Positions 1 to 10,022 of a stretch of 64,000 nucleotides of DNA are shown here, one piece after another (the first letter of the stretch is position 1; every line of letters begins with the position of its first letter). This DNA is from Candidatus Undinarchaeota archaeon (lineage in GTDB: Archaea > SpSt-1190 > JASMDC01). Below the pieces are notes generated by a model. That model worked only from the letters and a program-made list of their open reading frames with translations, did not search any database and was not told where the DNA came from. The stretch lies in the NCBI GenBank assembly GCA_964519305.1, contig CAZFHY010000011.1:70400-134399 (forward strand), read 5' to 3'. The translations under genes and the position numbers were made by a program.

Positions 1-3000
1 TACACTGATAGTTCTCCTGGCAGTAGCAGTCACTTGCGCACGCTGCACCAAGGCCCTGGCGGACGCGACAATCGTTGTCGCAGCACCAACCTGTGAAACC
101 ATCGCCCTCGCATGCCGAGCCCGCGTTCCCCGCGGCACATGCACCGCACTTATAGGTACCGCCATCGCTGATGCACAGGCCAGAGGAGCACTGGGAGAAG
201 GATGTACATGCCTGGCCGTTCTTGTACAGGCACTCGTTCCCAGTGCACGAGTACTCGGCCTTGCACTGACAGTCTGCGTTGCATGTGGCGAACAGCCCTC
301 CCCGCTCATCGAGCGTGAAACACCCGTTCTGACAGCATACGCCCTCGGTGCCGGCCCCTTCGTAGCAGGTCGCGCCGACCACTCCACAGAGCACTACGCA
401 CTGGTCGTTGAAACAGAACGAAGGGAGCCCACAACACTTGTTCTGGCATACGGTTCCTTTGGTGGGATCGTCCACGAAGCACTGGTTCGGACTGACAAGT
501 GCTCCGTTGCATACGCCATCAAGGCTGCATAGCTTCTGGGAACAGTCGTCGCTCTGAGTGCAGCTCCTGCCCTCCTTGAGCTTGCACTTCTTTCCCGCGT
601 CCGTATCCGTGCAGCCGAAGGCTTCGCCGCAGTTGCAGTTCTGGGCGCATGCTCCGTCCTGGCCGACCGGAGCGGTACAAGCGCCGGCGCAGCACCAACC
701 AGTGACACCATCAGCGGTGCAGTTGAAGCTAGTGTCCTTTCCGGCACAACCCCCGCAAACGTAGGCACCGCCCGCGGTACCCATGACACACACACCACTG
801 GAGCACTGGGACCATGTGGTGCAGGCCTCGCCATCCTCCTTCTTGCACTTGTTCCCCTCGCAACGGAGACCCTCATCGCATTCGCAATGGTCAGTACAGT
901 CCTCATCGAGCCCCAGAGGGGCGATGCACTGGTTGAGGCAGCACCGGCCGGTGGCGGTCTCCGATTTACATGCATAGGTCAGGTCCTTCCCCTCACAAGT
1001 GCCGCAGGTGTAATCACCGCCCGGGGTTCCTTGGACACACACACCGCTGGCACACTCCGACCAGAGCGTGCACGGGCCGCCCACCTCCTTCTTGCACTTC
1101 TTGTTGGCCTCCGGGCCCGTGCATATGAGACCTCCGGTGCACTGACATGTGACCGCGCAGGCATCGCCCGAAGGCAACCGCTCCACTTCGCGAACGCAAC
1201 CGTCGTTGCAGCACTTTCCCTCTTGGCCGCCCTGGGATCCCACGGTCTTGTAGCAGGTCGCCCCTCCCGTCGCGCATCCCGTCCCGCAGATGTCAGGCTC
1301 TGTGCCTGTATCGCAGACAGTGGCACAACATGCGCCAGCGCACACGGTACCTGATGGATTTCCAGTGAGCATGCATTTGGATCCGGTGGCGGGGGTACTA
1401 CAGAGCCCGCTCGCGTCACAGAGTGCGGAGGAACACTGACCGCTATCAGTGCAGGCCTGTCCGTTGACCTTTCTGCAGGTCTTGCTACCTTCCTCACCGG
1501 CACATTCGGTGTTCTCGACGCACTGACAGTCGGCCGTGCAGGCCGTGCCTACATCACCGGGGGCCGAACATGTGTTCGCACAGCACCGTCCGTCTGCGAC
1601 CCCGTTGGCGATACATGATGTCCCGTCGTTCCCTGTGCACGATCCGCAGGTGCCGTCAACACATACGCTGTTGGCGCATTCGGACCAGGTCGTACAGTCC
1701 TGACCGTCCACCCGCTTACACTTGGTGCCCGAGCACTCGAAGTTTGCCAGACAATGGCAGTCCTGCGTACATCCACCATCGAGACCCGTGGGGGCGATGC
1801 ACTGGTCGTTACAGCACCATCCTGTGATGCCCTCGGCCTTGCAGGAGAAGGTCGCGTCCTTGGCCAGACAGGTGCCGCAAACGTAATTACCGCCCGCGGT
1901 CTGTTGGACGCACACGACGCTGGCGCACTCGTCCCAGGCGGTGCAGGGTTCACCGGCAGCAAGTCGGCAGGTCTTACTACCCTCCGGGCCACCGCATGCG
2001 AGCCCGTCCTGGCACTCGCATGTCTCGGTGCATGATACGCCTGCATCCTTTCTTTCGGCTTCACGGACACATTGATCATTGCAGCATGTCCCCTGCTGAC
2101 CACCTTGTCCTCCGGCAGTCTCGTAGCAGGTCTCTCCAGCTGTGGCACAGGCGGCATCACATGTGTCGGGTTCAGTGCCCGTGTCGCAGATGTTGCTGCA
2201 GCACGCTTCATTGCACACCGAACCGGTCGGATTCCCTGAGAGCAGGCAGGCGGCTCCGGTCGCAGGCGTACCACAGAGGCCCGTTGCTGCACAGCGCTTT
2301 GAAGCGCACTGGCCGCTATCGGTGCACGTCTGTCCAGCCTCCTTCTTACAGCCGTCGTCGGTGCACTCCAGATTTGTATCGCACTTGCAGGCCACACCTC
2401 CGCAGTCACCATCAAGGGCGAGAGGGGCGACACATGTGTCCTGACAACACCACCCTGCGGCCACACCTTCCTTTGTACAGGCCGTGAGATCGTCCTTGTC
2501 GGTGCAGGTGTCACAGGTTCCGTCCACGCACACACCGCTAGCGCACTCTGTCCCGGCCGTGCAGACCTGACCATTGGCCTTCAGGCACTTCTTTGAACCT
2601 TCGTCCCCAACGCAGTCCAGGTTCTCCTGACAGTGGCAATTCAATGTACAGGAGCCTCCCGCCGCTTCGAGGACGACACATTCGCCATTGCACAGGGAAT
2701 AGCCGTCCTCGCAGGTGGTAGTGGAGCATGCGTTTTCTTCACAGAGGAAATGGGAGCAATCCGCTGCCGCGCAGCACTCACCACCAGCTACCCAGGCCGT
2801 ATCGCAGCACACGCCCCCGGTCTTTGCCTTGCATCCATGGCCGTTGTCGCACTCCTGACAGTCGTTGCACGTCACATCGATGCATATCTTGTCTGAGCAG
2901 GTCTTGCAGTTATCGCATTCATCATCGGAACAGCAGTCCTTCCCAGCGAACCAGAATCCCATACAGCATATGCCGCCGGTCTTGTCCACGCATGCGTGGT

Positions 3001-3157
3001 CCACGAGGTCCTGGCAGGGGGTGCACACGAGGTCGACGCAGTTACCGCCCTCACAGCTAGCGTCGGCGTCACAATCATCGTTGGTGGTACACGCGGCGGA
3101 TAAACCTATAACTAAGAAAAGCACGAGCACTATGATTGTCCGTGCGGAGAGTCTCAT
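1..3157 (-). CDS. Giant secreted Cys-rich repeat protein, 3' end beyond window (more than 1052 aa in window). Signal peptide MRLSARTIIVLVLFLVIGLSAAC, then 10 or more tandem ~85-aa repeats of the type C..DC.C......C.G.EGSK.C.....G..CT....C.S..CV.GT.GG.Y.CGTC..KD.T..C...G.TGWCC...C.AP.GLDG.C.
   Basis: I scanned every minus-strand codon from the ATG (forward 'cat' at 3155-3157) down to position 1 and found no stop. The frame is absent from the ORF track only because it has no in-window stop. The repeats are extremely Cys-rich. The start overlaps the stop of the upstream gene (ATGA at 3154-3157). Confidence 0.8.
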   Translation of the reverse strand, partial: MRLSARTIIVLVLFLVIGLSAACTTNDDCDADASCEGGNCVDLVCTPCQDLVDHACVDKTGGICCMGFWFAGKDCCSDDECDNCKTCSDKICIDVTCNDCQECDNGHGCKAKTGGVCCDTAWVAGGECCAAADCSHFLCEENACSTTTCEDGYSLCNGECVVLEAAGGSCTLNCHCQENLDCVGDEGSKKCLKANGQVCTAGTECASGVCVDGTCDTCTDKDDLTACTKEGVAAGWCCQDTCVAPLALDGDCGGVACKCDTNLECTDDGCKKEAGQTCTDSGQCASKRCAATGLCGTPATGAACLLSGNPTGSVCNEACCSNICDTGTEPDTCDAACATAGETCYETAGGQGGQQGTCCNDQCVREAERKDAGVSCTETCECQDGLACGGPEGSKTCRLAAGEPCTAWDECASVVCVQQTAGGNYVCGTCLAKDATFSCKAEGITGWCCNDQCIAPTGLDGGCTQDCHCLANFECSGTKCKRVDGQDCTTWSECANSVCVDGTCGSCTGNDGTSCIANGVADGRCCANTCSAPGDVGTACTADCQCVENTECAGEEGSKTCRKVNGQACTDSGQCSSALCDASGLCSTPATGSKCMLTGNPSGTVCAGACCATVCDTGTEPDICGTGCATGGATCYKTVGSQGGQEGKCCNDGCVREVERLPSGDACAVTCQCTGGLICTGPEANKKCKKEVGGPCTLWSECASGVCVQGTPGGDYTCGTCEGKDLTYACKSETATGRCCLNQCIAPLGLDEDCTDHCECDEGLRCEGNKCKKEDGEACTTWSQCSSGVCVMGTAGGAYVCGGCAGKDTSFNCTADGVTGWCCAGACTAPVGQDGACAQNCNCGEAFGCTDTDAGKKCKLKEGRSCTQSDDCSQKLCSLDGVCNGALVSPNQCFVDDPTKGTVCQNKCCGLPSFCFNDQCVVLCGVVGATCYEGAGTEGVCCQNGCFTLDERGGLFATCNADCQCKAEYSCTGNECLYKNGQACTSFSQCSSGLCISDGGTYKCGACAAGNAGSACEGDGFTGWCCDNDCRVRQGLGAACASDCYCQENYQC

Positions 3158-4452
3158 TCTATCATCTGCCGTGCCCTCTGGACACGCTCGAGGGCAGTCT
3201 CTAATCGTTGCAGACCTTCTGACAGCGCACCCCCCTGTACCAGCTCGACGCCCTGTGAGAGGTCGGTCTTGACCTCGTCCAATAAGAATAGCATTCGGGT
3301 ACTATTTAAGGGTTCCGACGCGGCACTGCGTTCTTCATCAATCCATGCTCGCCGACCTGACGGGCTGATCTCGGCCCAGCGTTCCCAGCGCGACCGGCCC
3401 CGCTCACGCCACCCTTCCTCCCATGCTTCTGTGAACTTGCCCTCGTGCGCGAGCATATCGAAGACAGCGGGATCCGTGAGGCGGTCACGCAGCCATCCTA
3501 GATGCCATGTTTCGTCAACAGGGATCCGTTTCGAGGCCGCGCTCCAAGCAGGAAGGTCCTCCAGTGCATGTCCCGCGGAAGCGCCGGCGGGATCATCCAC
3601 AACTTCCCTGCGTACGAGGGGCCCGACACCTCTACCGCCCACTGTTGCCTCCTCGATCCCACCCATGACGGTTGTGTAGGCCGTCTCCGTTCCATCCATG
3701 CTCCCGACCACCACTACTTCCGAAAGATGTCCGGCCAAGGATGCGAGCTGAGGGGCATCGTTGCAGTGGAGGTACATCATATCGTCGACCGGACGTACGG
3801 GGAGTGATAGCGAGGACGAAGTCACGGGATCGCAATAGAGGACTGCACGCGTCCCCTCGAGTGTGGGTGACAGTGTTGTAAGGGTGCTGCCACATAGACC
3901 GAGAGTGAGGTCGATATCGGGGGCGAACACTGCCGATGGTTCTAGCCGTCGAACCTCGCTCGCAACCGCAGCTGTAAGATGACCGGGAACTATGAGAAGT
4001 GGAGCGGAACTAAGGCCCCGCGCCCTGATTATCGACACAAGGTCGTCCTGACGAACGATGGACACCGTGTCCGAACTCCCCCAGAAGAACCGTGACACCT
4101 CTAAAGAAGTACCCGTGGCCGTAGCGCCCCATAAGCGGACGGTGCGCGCATGAGCTGCGAGATCCACCTCTAGGGCGGGCGGGAGCACCGCAGGGCCCCC
4201 CACGAGCACCACCAGACGGGGCTTCATCTGCTCGAGAACGCTCAGGGAATGGGACCCAAGTCTACCGTCCGTTGCGAGCACGGGCGCACCCACAATGCGG
4301 GCCGCTTGGGCTGCAAGAGCACAGTCAAAGTGAGTGGTGGTCGAACAGATGAGGGCAGTGTCCACTTGTGGCCCGACCTGGCTCCCTATACCAGCAAGCG
4401 TGGTGCTGAGGAGCAGGAAAACGATACATATGGCTGTGAATACCCGGGTCAT
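3154..4452 (-). CDS. Secreted protein with N-terminal signal peptide and three ~90-aa repeats resembling cell-wall-binding (CWB2-like) repeats, plus a charged W/E/R-rich C-terminal domain.
   Basis: 432-aa ORF. The hydrophobic N-terminus MTRVFTAICIVFLLLSTTLAG is a signal peptide. There is an internal triple repeat (…VLVGGPAVLP… / …LLIVPGHLTA… / …VVVVGSMDGTE…). ATGA start/stop overlaps on both sides (4449-4452 and 3154-3157) imply translational coupling. Confidence 0.7.
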   Translation of the reverse strand: MTRVFTAICIVFLLLSTTLAGIGSQVGPQVDTALICSTTTHFDCALAAQAARIVGAPVLATDGRLGSHSLSVLEQMKPRLVVLVGGPAVLPPALEVDLAAHARTVRLWGATATGTSLEVSRFFWGSSDTVSIVRQDDLVSIIRARGLSSAPLLIVPGHLTAAVASEVRRLEPSAVFAPDIDLTLGLCGSTLTTLSPTLEGTRAVLYCDPVTSSSLSLPVRPVDDMMYLHCNDAPQLASLAGHLSEVVVVGSMDGTETAYTTVMGGIEEATVGGRGVGPLVRREVVDDPAGASAGHALEDLPAWSAASKRIPVDETWHLGWLRDRLTDPAVFDMLAHEGKFTEAWEEGWRERGRSRWERWAEISPSGRRAWIDEERSAASEPLNSTRMLFLLDEVKTDLSQGVELVQGGALSEGLQRLETALERVQRARQMIE

Positions 4453-5414
4453 CGCCCGAGCGCCCCCCGCTTGAGGATGACGCGGTTGGTCTTACCGACA
4501 GGGGAACGGGAAATGATGTCGCGCCCCTCCAGGCCTGAGAGGATTCGGCTGAGCTTGGCCTTGGAGAAGTCCGTGGTCCGTTGGAGCTCCTTCTGAAGAG
4601 GGGGTTCGTCTGCTGCTAGGAGGGCCTCTATGACGATGCGCTCATTGTCCTCCATAACTGACAGGATCTCCTCTTCCCGCACTTCTTCCTCATGGTGCAG
4701 CTGTCGCACTCCGACCGAGTAGCCGAGGACGAAGAACACGACAGCCAAGCCGACCGCTATGGGCGTTTGGTCGGTCGGGGGTGGAGCGGGTCCCGTGGTG
4801 GGGCCTCGGGCTGCCTTCTCGAATCCTACGTAGAAGGTCATCTCCTCGCCCGGTTCAAGGCCCCCCCGTCGCCATTCGAACGAGAGTTGTCGACCGTCCG
4901 TACGCACGATCGCGTTAGGGTAGAGCACTGGCCGGGCCTGGGACGCTCGCCGCTGGAGGCTGACGGGCAGTACGAAGCCCTCCGGTAGGTGGGCGACGAG
5001 CTTGAAATCGAGCACCGGGTCCTCCGCTCTGTATGTCAAGGAGAAGTCCATCCCTTCTTCTACACTCCGCACGAGCTCACTCGTGCTGAACCTAAGACTG
5101 ATGTTCACGATTCCCTCAGGAGCCAGTGGTTGCCTGAAAGGGATGACGACCTCCTTGGTGTTCCATGGCCCATCACGCACTGAATATGTGATGTTCCCCT
5201 GGGCGTCGAATACCTCCAGATCCCTCATACCGCCCCACAGCGAGAACGTCGTGGAGTCGAGTGGCGCACCAGCAGTGTTCTCCCCTACGATATCGATACG
5301 CTCTACACATGTCCCGTCTGGAGCGATTTCGATGTCGATGTAAAGTGAGTGGAAATACATATCGGCCAAGGAGGGAGCAAGCAGGAGGAACGCCACGAGA
5401 GGCCAGATTCGCAT
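4449..5414 (-). CDS. Membrane-anchored one-component regulator: signal peptide, extracytoplasmic domain, single TM, cytoplasmic winged-helix HTH (MarR/ArsR/TrmB-like).
   Basis: 321-aa ORF. N-terminal MRIWPLVAFLLLAPSLA, TM helix IAVGLAVVFFVLGYSV, C-terminal …LQKELQRTTDFSKAKLSRILSGLEGRDIISRSPVGKTNRVIL. It is a paralog of complement(50486..51421), sharing LPEGF/YVLPV and RPV..PNAI.RTDGR.L.FEW.RR motifs. Confidence 0.7.
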   Translation of the reverse strand: MRIWPLVAFLLLAPSLADMYFHSLYIDIEIAPDGTCVERIDIVGENTAGAPLDSTTFSLWGGMRDLEVFDAQGNITYSVRDGPWNTKEVVIPFRQPLAPEGIVNISLRFSTSELVRSVEEGMDFSLTYRAEDPVLDFKLVAHLPEGFVLPVSLQRRASQARPVLYPNAIVRTDGRQLSFEWRRGGLEPGEEMTFYVGFEKAARGPTTGPAPPPTDQTPIAVGLAVVFFVLGYSVGVRQLHHEEEVREEEILSVMEDNERIVIEALLAADEPPLQKELQRTTDFSKAKLSRILSGLEGRDIISRSPVGKTNRVILKRGALGR

Positions 5415-5458
5415 TGCCTCGGCGGAACGCGTCCATACTTTTTATTTATATACCAGCG

Positions 5459-6637
5459 CTATCGACGCTGCCAAGCGCCACCTTGCTGTCCTTGCTGTGG
5501 CCAGCGATCCCATCCCGGTGCCGCCCGGTACATCCCGGGAGCGCGCCCATATGCTTGTGGTGGCTGCCCCCATTGCTGCTGGCCGGGGGGCGGCTTAACG
5601 TCTTCACTCTTACTCTTGTCAAGGTAATAGGTCTTGACGAGGTATACGCCCAGAAGGGGCAGGAGCACTATCTCGAGAGCATCGTAGATGTTCTTGATAT
5701 ACATGATATAGCTGAAGAATGTCTTAGTGAGGATGTACTCGAAGATGCCCATAGGGGAAACCGTAATGGTATACTTCGTCGCAAAAAGCTCTTGGGCCTG
5801 ATCCGATCGTATTTTTATGATGATATCGCTCGGTTCTTGCTCCCGTCCGGCGAGGTAGGGGGCGATCAGGTCAACCCTGAACTGTTCCAAATCACCGGGT
5901 TCCATAGGTTTGATCTGCTTGTACCAGTTCTTCATACCGAACGAGCCATTGATGATGTCCACTACGTAGCTGTCGGTGATGTTGCCTGCGTTCTCCACAT
6001 CGAAGTAGAACACATGCTCCTCGCCCTCCTGGATCTCTACGTTCGTGTGGGGGAACTTGACAGAGGGAAGGCAAACACAGTCCTCCGTGTTCCGGCAGTT
6101 CTCACCGATGCTTGGGACACAGGCCGTGTCGTTACATCCTTCAGGGGTACAGTCCAGGGAGCATGAGAGACATTCGGCAGGTTCGCAAGTCCCGTCACCG
6201 CACCGAAGGATGCAGCGGTGTAGCGTCGAGTTGCAGGCCTCATCGGGATTATCGCAGCCACAGTCCTCACAGCACGATCCCGATGTCTCGAAGGGTTTCT
6301 CGCACTTCCCGTCACCGCACTCTATCTCATAGCAACCCCGCTCGTCGGCCCGTTCGTGGTTCGGATCGCAGTAGCGATCGAAACAGGGGCAGTCGGTCGG
6401 GACATTGTCACAGTTCTCACCGAGCTTGACGTCGCATACACGGTTGTTCTTACATGTGTCCTTTGAACAGTCATCGTCACAGAGGCCACACTCATGCTCG
6501 CACTTCCCGTCGGGGCACACGGAGGCCGTGCATTTGGTATACTTGCAGTGGTGACCCAGTTGGCACATGGAGTCGCAAAGGCAATAACCTCCGTCTCCCG
6601 GGATAACTGAGACACAACCCTTCTCTCCGTTGCACAC
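5459..6637 (-). CDS. Cys-rich (CGDGKCE-type repeats) extracytoplasmic protein with one TM and a Q/G/P-rich cytoplasmic tail. The 5' end is uncertain: the frame is open upstream to about 6817 and encodes a signal-peptide-like LGVLIGLLLVLAAGC segment but no canonical start.
   Basis: 392-aa ORF starting from GTG. There are many CxxC/CGDG motifs. TM segment is ALEIVLLPLLGVYLV. Upstream, the in-frame codons from 6817 to 6638 contain no ATG/GTG/TTG. Confidence 0.6.
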   Translation of the reverse strand: MCNGEKGCVSVIPGDGGYCLCDSMCQLGHHCKYTKCTASVCPDGKCEHECGLCDDDCSKDTCKNNRVCDVKLGENCDNVPTDCPCFDRYCDPNHERADERGCYEIECGDGKCEKPFETSGSCCEDCGCDNPDEACNSTLHRCILRCGDGTCEPAECLSCSLDCTPEGCNDTACVPSIGENCRNTEDCVCLPSVKFPHTNVEIQEGEEHVFYFDVENAGNITDSYVVDIINGSFGMKNWYKQIKPMEPGDLEQFRVDLIAPYLAGREQEPSDIIIKIRSDQAQELFATKYTITVSPMGIFEYILTKTFFSYIMYIKNIYDALEIVLLPLLGVYLVKTYYLDKSKSEDVKPPPGQQQWGQPPQAYGRAPGMYRAAPGWDRWPQQGQQGGAWQRR

Positions 6638-6840
6638 CTTACCGTCACCGCAAGGGAATCCACAACCTATGGCGTTTAAGACGCAGGACCCGGACCGACA
6701 GAGCGACTTGGTACAGGGATTGTCGTCAATGCATTCAAGGTCGGTCTGACATCCGGCGGCCAGGACGAGTAGCAGGCCAATCAGGACTCCTAGGGTGCGT
6801 GCGGTGGGGATGTGACGTCACCTCGCGGCGCCGCAGACCT

Positions 6841-7170
6841 TCATTTTCCGTTGTCCTTTCGTCGAGAGAGGATCTCGAGCCCGGCATTGATGCCCATAAG
6901 GAGCTCGTTTATCTCGTGGGGGTCCGTCGTCGCCTCCAGCCTAGCTATGAGTTCATTGATTTTATAGCTAACGATACGGTCGAGCGGCCGAGCTTCCCCC
7001 TTCTTCTCATCCGACACCCCCAGTTTCGAGCAACGGGGACAGATGACCTTGCCCTTCACCTTGAAGAGGGGTGAACCACAAGAGGGGCAATGCTTGGAGA
7101 GCATCTTGCCTCCAGATAGAAGGAGTGCGGTCATTTCCTTGAGCGGGTCTTCCTCCTCCATCGTGCTCAC
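6841..7170 (-). CDS. UPF0148 / Sjogren-scleroderma autoantigen-1-like zinc-ribbon protein (archaeal family).
   Basis: 109 aa. Motif HCPSCGSPLFKVKGKVICPRC. Confidence 0.6.
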   Translation of the reverse strand: MSTMEEEDPLKEMTALLLSGGKMLSKHCPSCGSPLFKVKGKVICPRCSKLGVSDEKKGEARPLDRIVSYKINELIARLEATTDPHEINELLMGINAGLEILSRRKDNGK

Positions 7171-7223
7171 TGGACCGCTCCTAAAGCCGATGGCTTAAGA
7201 ATGTTAGCCCCTTCGTATTTTCA

Positions 7224-7979
7224 ATGGTCGATGTGGAAGTGCGGTGCCAGACCGGATCACTCGCAGGCTACACCTTGGTCATGGGTTTTCCTGACGTAGG
7301 GCTCGCCGGCGCGATAGCTGCAGAGCATATCGCTGCGAAAGCAGGGATGCGTGAAGTGGGCCACATCCAATCGGACCGGATCGTCCCACTTGCGGTCGTC
7401 GAGGAAGGAGTCGTCGCACGACCCATCTCCATCTACATCTCCAAGCGTCGCAAGCTCGCCCTCATTCGCTCCTATGTCCATCTGCCTCCGCGGTTGGCCC
7501 ACGAAGTGTCCCGCGCAGTTGTGGGCTGGGCCCATGAAACAGGGATCTCCGAGGTGATCTGCTTTGCAGGCGTGCTCATAGAAGAGGGCCAGGACGGTGG
7601 CGAAGACGTGTACGTGGCCACCACGACTAAGGGGGCTTTAGGCGGAGACCGCCTCCAACGTCTACTGAACCGGGATGACGTGTATCCCTGGACAGGCTCT
7701 GTGTACGGGTTCGTAGGGCAGATCCTGCTCGATTGCATCGATGTCGACCTCCCTGCCGTCTCCCTTGTAGTGGAGACGCGGGCCGACTATCCGGATGCCC
7801 GGGCAGCAGCTACTTGCATACGCACACTTAATCGATATCTCAACCTACGCATTGATCTGGAGCCCCTTATGGAGGAGGCCAAACTCATCGAGGAGCAGAT
7901 GAAGTCGGTAGTGGAGCACGCTGGCCGACTCCATCAACAACTCGAACAGACTACGAGCGCGAACCTGATGTTCAGGTAG
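7224..7979 (+). CDS. Proteasome assembly chaperone (PAC2) family protein.
   Basis: 251 aa. The N-terminal motif YTLVMGFPDVGLAGAIAAEHI matches the PAC2 GFPG.G.VG signature. The C-terminus ends in a hydrophobic-aromatic-X tail (MFR) that resembles an HbYX tail. Confidence 0.55.
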   Translation: MVDVEVRCQTGSLAGYTLVMGFPDVGLAGAIAAEHIAAKAGMREVGHIQSDRIVPLAVVEEGVVARPISIYISKRRKLALIRSYVHLPPRLAHEVSRAVVGWAHETGISEVICFAGVLIEEGQDGGEDVYVATTTKGALGGDRLQRLLNRDDVYPWTGSVYGFVGQILLDCIDVDLPAVSLVVETRADYPDARAAATCIRTLNRYLNLRIDLEPLMEEAKLIEEQMKSVVEHAGRLHQQLEQTTSANLMFR

Positions 7980-7988
7980 TCCCTACAC

Positions 7989-9026
7989 TTATGGAAGGGG
8001 ATCGACCTCGGCCTCGTACCGGTCGGCTGTGGGGAATTCGCGGACGATCGCGCACCGTAGCCCATCCCGTGCCATTTTTCGAGCTACTGCAGATGAGGTC
8101 TCGATACGTTCCTTCTCTGGATCGGGAGCCCATGAGCGCCGGGGGACTGCGGCCATCACATGGGGATCAGTAGTGTATACGACACCTTTCTCTAAAAGGC
8201 CGTCATCAGTAACGCGCTCGAACGGCCTGCGCAGGTTCCGGGCGGTGCGGATGTATCGATTAGTTAGCTGGATCCCGTCCTTGAGACGTGATGGGCAGAG
8301 GTGGACCGCAAGTGACGTGTGCTCCTCCGCCCAGCGGACGAGCTCTATGCCGAGCTCGTAACTACCGTCCACGACGCATCCCTCGGGTGAAGGGATAAGT
8401 CCGTGCTCACGCATGGCGGATCCCGTTCTGTCCGTGTACTCCAGTTCGTTAAGATTGCAGAATGCGGCTCCCGCATCATCCAGAAAGCGCAAGTGCGCTT
8501 TTAGGTGTTCGCCATCGCCAGGGATGACGGGCACTTCAGCACCAACGGCCCAATCCAGTTCTAGTGCGTGCTTCACAGCATCCTTTGCGAAGTGGAACCG
8601 TATCTCGTCGACCCCGGCTTCATGCAACTGTGAGAGCACTGTTGGTGTCGCCCGGGAGCCGTCCGTGTATAGGTGGACATGGAAACGCTCTCCCTGATGC
8701 TCCTTCAGGAGGCGGACCAGATGGACTGTCCGGTCCATTCTGGCGAGGGGATCGCCACCCGTGACGCCAGCACCGAGGGCCCGCATACGCTCTGCCTCAA
8801 GGATGATGTCCTCGTCCTGTGCAATAGGTCGTTCGTTGGCCCAAGCGTCGTCCACCTCTCGTCGCCGGTCGGAGAGCGGGCAGTAGAAACACCCTTGACC
8901 ACATACTCCCGTGACAAAGAGCACGAGCTTGGCCCCTTTTATACAGAGGCGGCATCCTGTGGGGAGTCGTCCGGTGTAGGGAGCGTCTGCTTTTGTGTAC
9001 CGCATTCGTGGGACACCTCGGGGCAT
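7989..9026 (-). CDS. Radical SAM domain protein (PflX-like putative activating enzyme).
   Basis: CGQGCFYCP (C-x3-C-x2-C) motif preceded by CRLC. 345 aa. Confidence 0.65.
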   Translation of the reverse strand: MPRGVPRMRYTKADAPYTGRLPTGCRLCIKGAKLVLFVTGVCGQGCFYCPLSDRRREVDDAWANERPIAQDEDIILEAERMRALGAGVTGGDPLARMDRTVHLVRLLKEHQGERFHVHLYTDGSRATPTVLSQLHEAGVDEIRFHFAKDAVKHALELDWAVGAEVPVIPGDGEHLKAHLRFLDDAGAAFCNLNELEYTDRTGSAMREHGLIPSPEGCVVDGSYELGIELVRWAEEHTSLAVHLCPSRLKDGIQLTNRYIRTARNLRRPFERVTDDGLLEKGVVYTTDPHVMAAVPRRSWAPDPEKERIETSSAVARKMARDGLRCAIVREFPTADRYEAEVDPLP

Positions 9027-9089
9027 TTACTCTGCAATAGTAACGTTTATATACTCATTCAGGGTACAGAATCTAGGTAGGGACGACCT

Positions 9090-10022
9090 ATGACAACGAT
9101 CAAACAGTTCACAATAGAGCGCATAGAAGCCGTTTTCGTGATGCTGCTGATGCTCGTCATCATCGCAGCGCTGAACGAGGAGGTCCGTATGCTCTTCGTG
9201 TTCCCAATCTTCCTGCTGCTGTTGGGAACCCTGATACAAGTAGGTTTCAAGACAGGGATCCTAGTGCAGCTCGATGACTACGAACGGGCGATCGTGCTCC
9301 GTCGTGGTCGTTTCCACCGCATCTCCAAAGCGGGGTGGAACATTAAGCTACCCTGGCTCGAGGAGATGAAGATCGTCGACCTTCGACAGAAGACGATGAA
9401 CCTCCCTCCCCAGCAGGCCTATACCGCTGACGAGGTCAAGGTCCATGTGGACACTGTTGTGTTCTACAAGGTCATCGATCCGCGCAAGGTCGTGCTCGAG
9501 GTGGACCACTTCACAGAATCACTTGAGGAGTACGTCCGCTCTGCGCTTCGTGACATAGCAGGCAATCTAACTGTTGTGGAACTCATTGGCGAGATCGAGA
9601 AGGTCAACGACCTCGTTAAGGCCAAGATAGAGCCTTTCACCTCGGACTGGGGAATCAATATCGTCGGTGTCCAGATCACCAATGTCCAGCTACCGCAGAC
9701 CATTGAATCTGCCATGCAGCAGCTCAAGCGGCAGAAGGACCTGTGGGCCGCAGCCCGTTGGCAGGCCAAGGCCCGTCAGATGGAGATCGAGTCGCTCGCC
9801 CATGCTGCCAAGCACCTCGACGACCGGGCCCTAAAGTACCTCTACCTAAAGGAGGCGCTGCCCAAGCTCGCTGAGGGCGAGGGCAACAAGGTGTTCTTCC
9901 CTGTGGACTTCAAGGGCGGTGACATGTCCAACGCTATGAGCATGGACCGCATGATGGAGAAGGAGAAGAAGGCCGAGGCCGAACAGGCGACCACCGCTCC
10001 GCCCCACATCCGCCAGCGGTAG
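9090..10022 (+). CDS. SPFH/band-7 (stomatin/prohibitin-like) membrane protein.
   Basis: N-terminal TM segments. Band-7 core: IVLRRGRFHRISKAGWNIKLPWLEEMKIVDLRQ…NIVGVQITNVQLP. Coiled-coil C-terminus. Confidence 0.75.
   Translation: MTTIKQFTIERIEAVFVMLLMLVIIAALNEEVRMLFVFPIFLLLLGTLIQVGFKTGILVQLDDYERAIVLRRGRFHRISKAGWNIKLPWLEEMKIVDLRQKTMNLPPQQAYTADEVKVHVDTVVFYKVIDPRKVVLEVDHFTESLEEYVRSALRDIAGNLTVVELIGEIEKVNDLVKAKIEPFTSDWGINIVGVQITNVQLPQTIESAMQQLKRQKDLWAAARWQAKARQMEIESLAHAAKHLDDRALKYLYLKEALPKLAEGEGNKVFFPVDFKGGDMSNAMSMDRMMEKEKKAEAEQATTAPPHIRQR

Noticed and set aside
394-3078. Dozens of 60-340-aa ORFs on both strands in 1..3100 (e.g. complement 1549..2574, 341 aa; 1996..2487).
   Set aside because: They are all explained as alternative frames of the high-GC, Cys-codon-rich repeat gene on the minus strand (frame 2 mod 3), which is open through the whole region. 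Their proteins are low-complexity R/A/P/S-rich.
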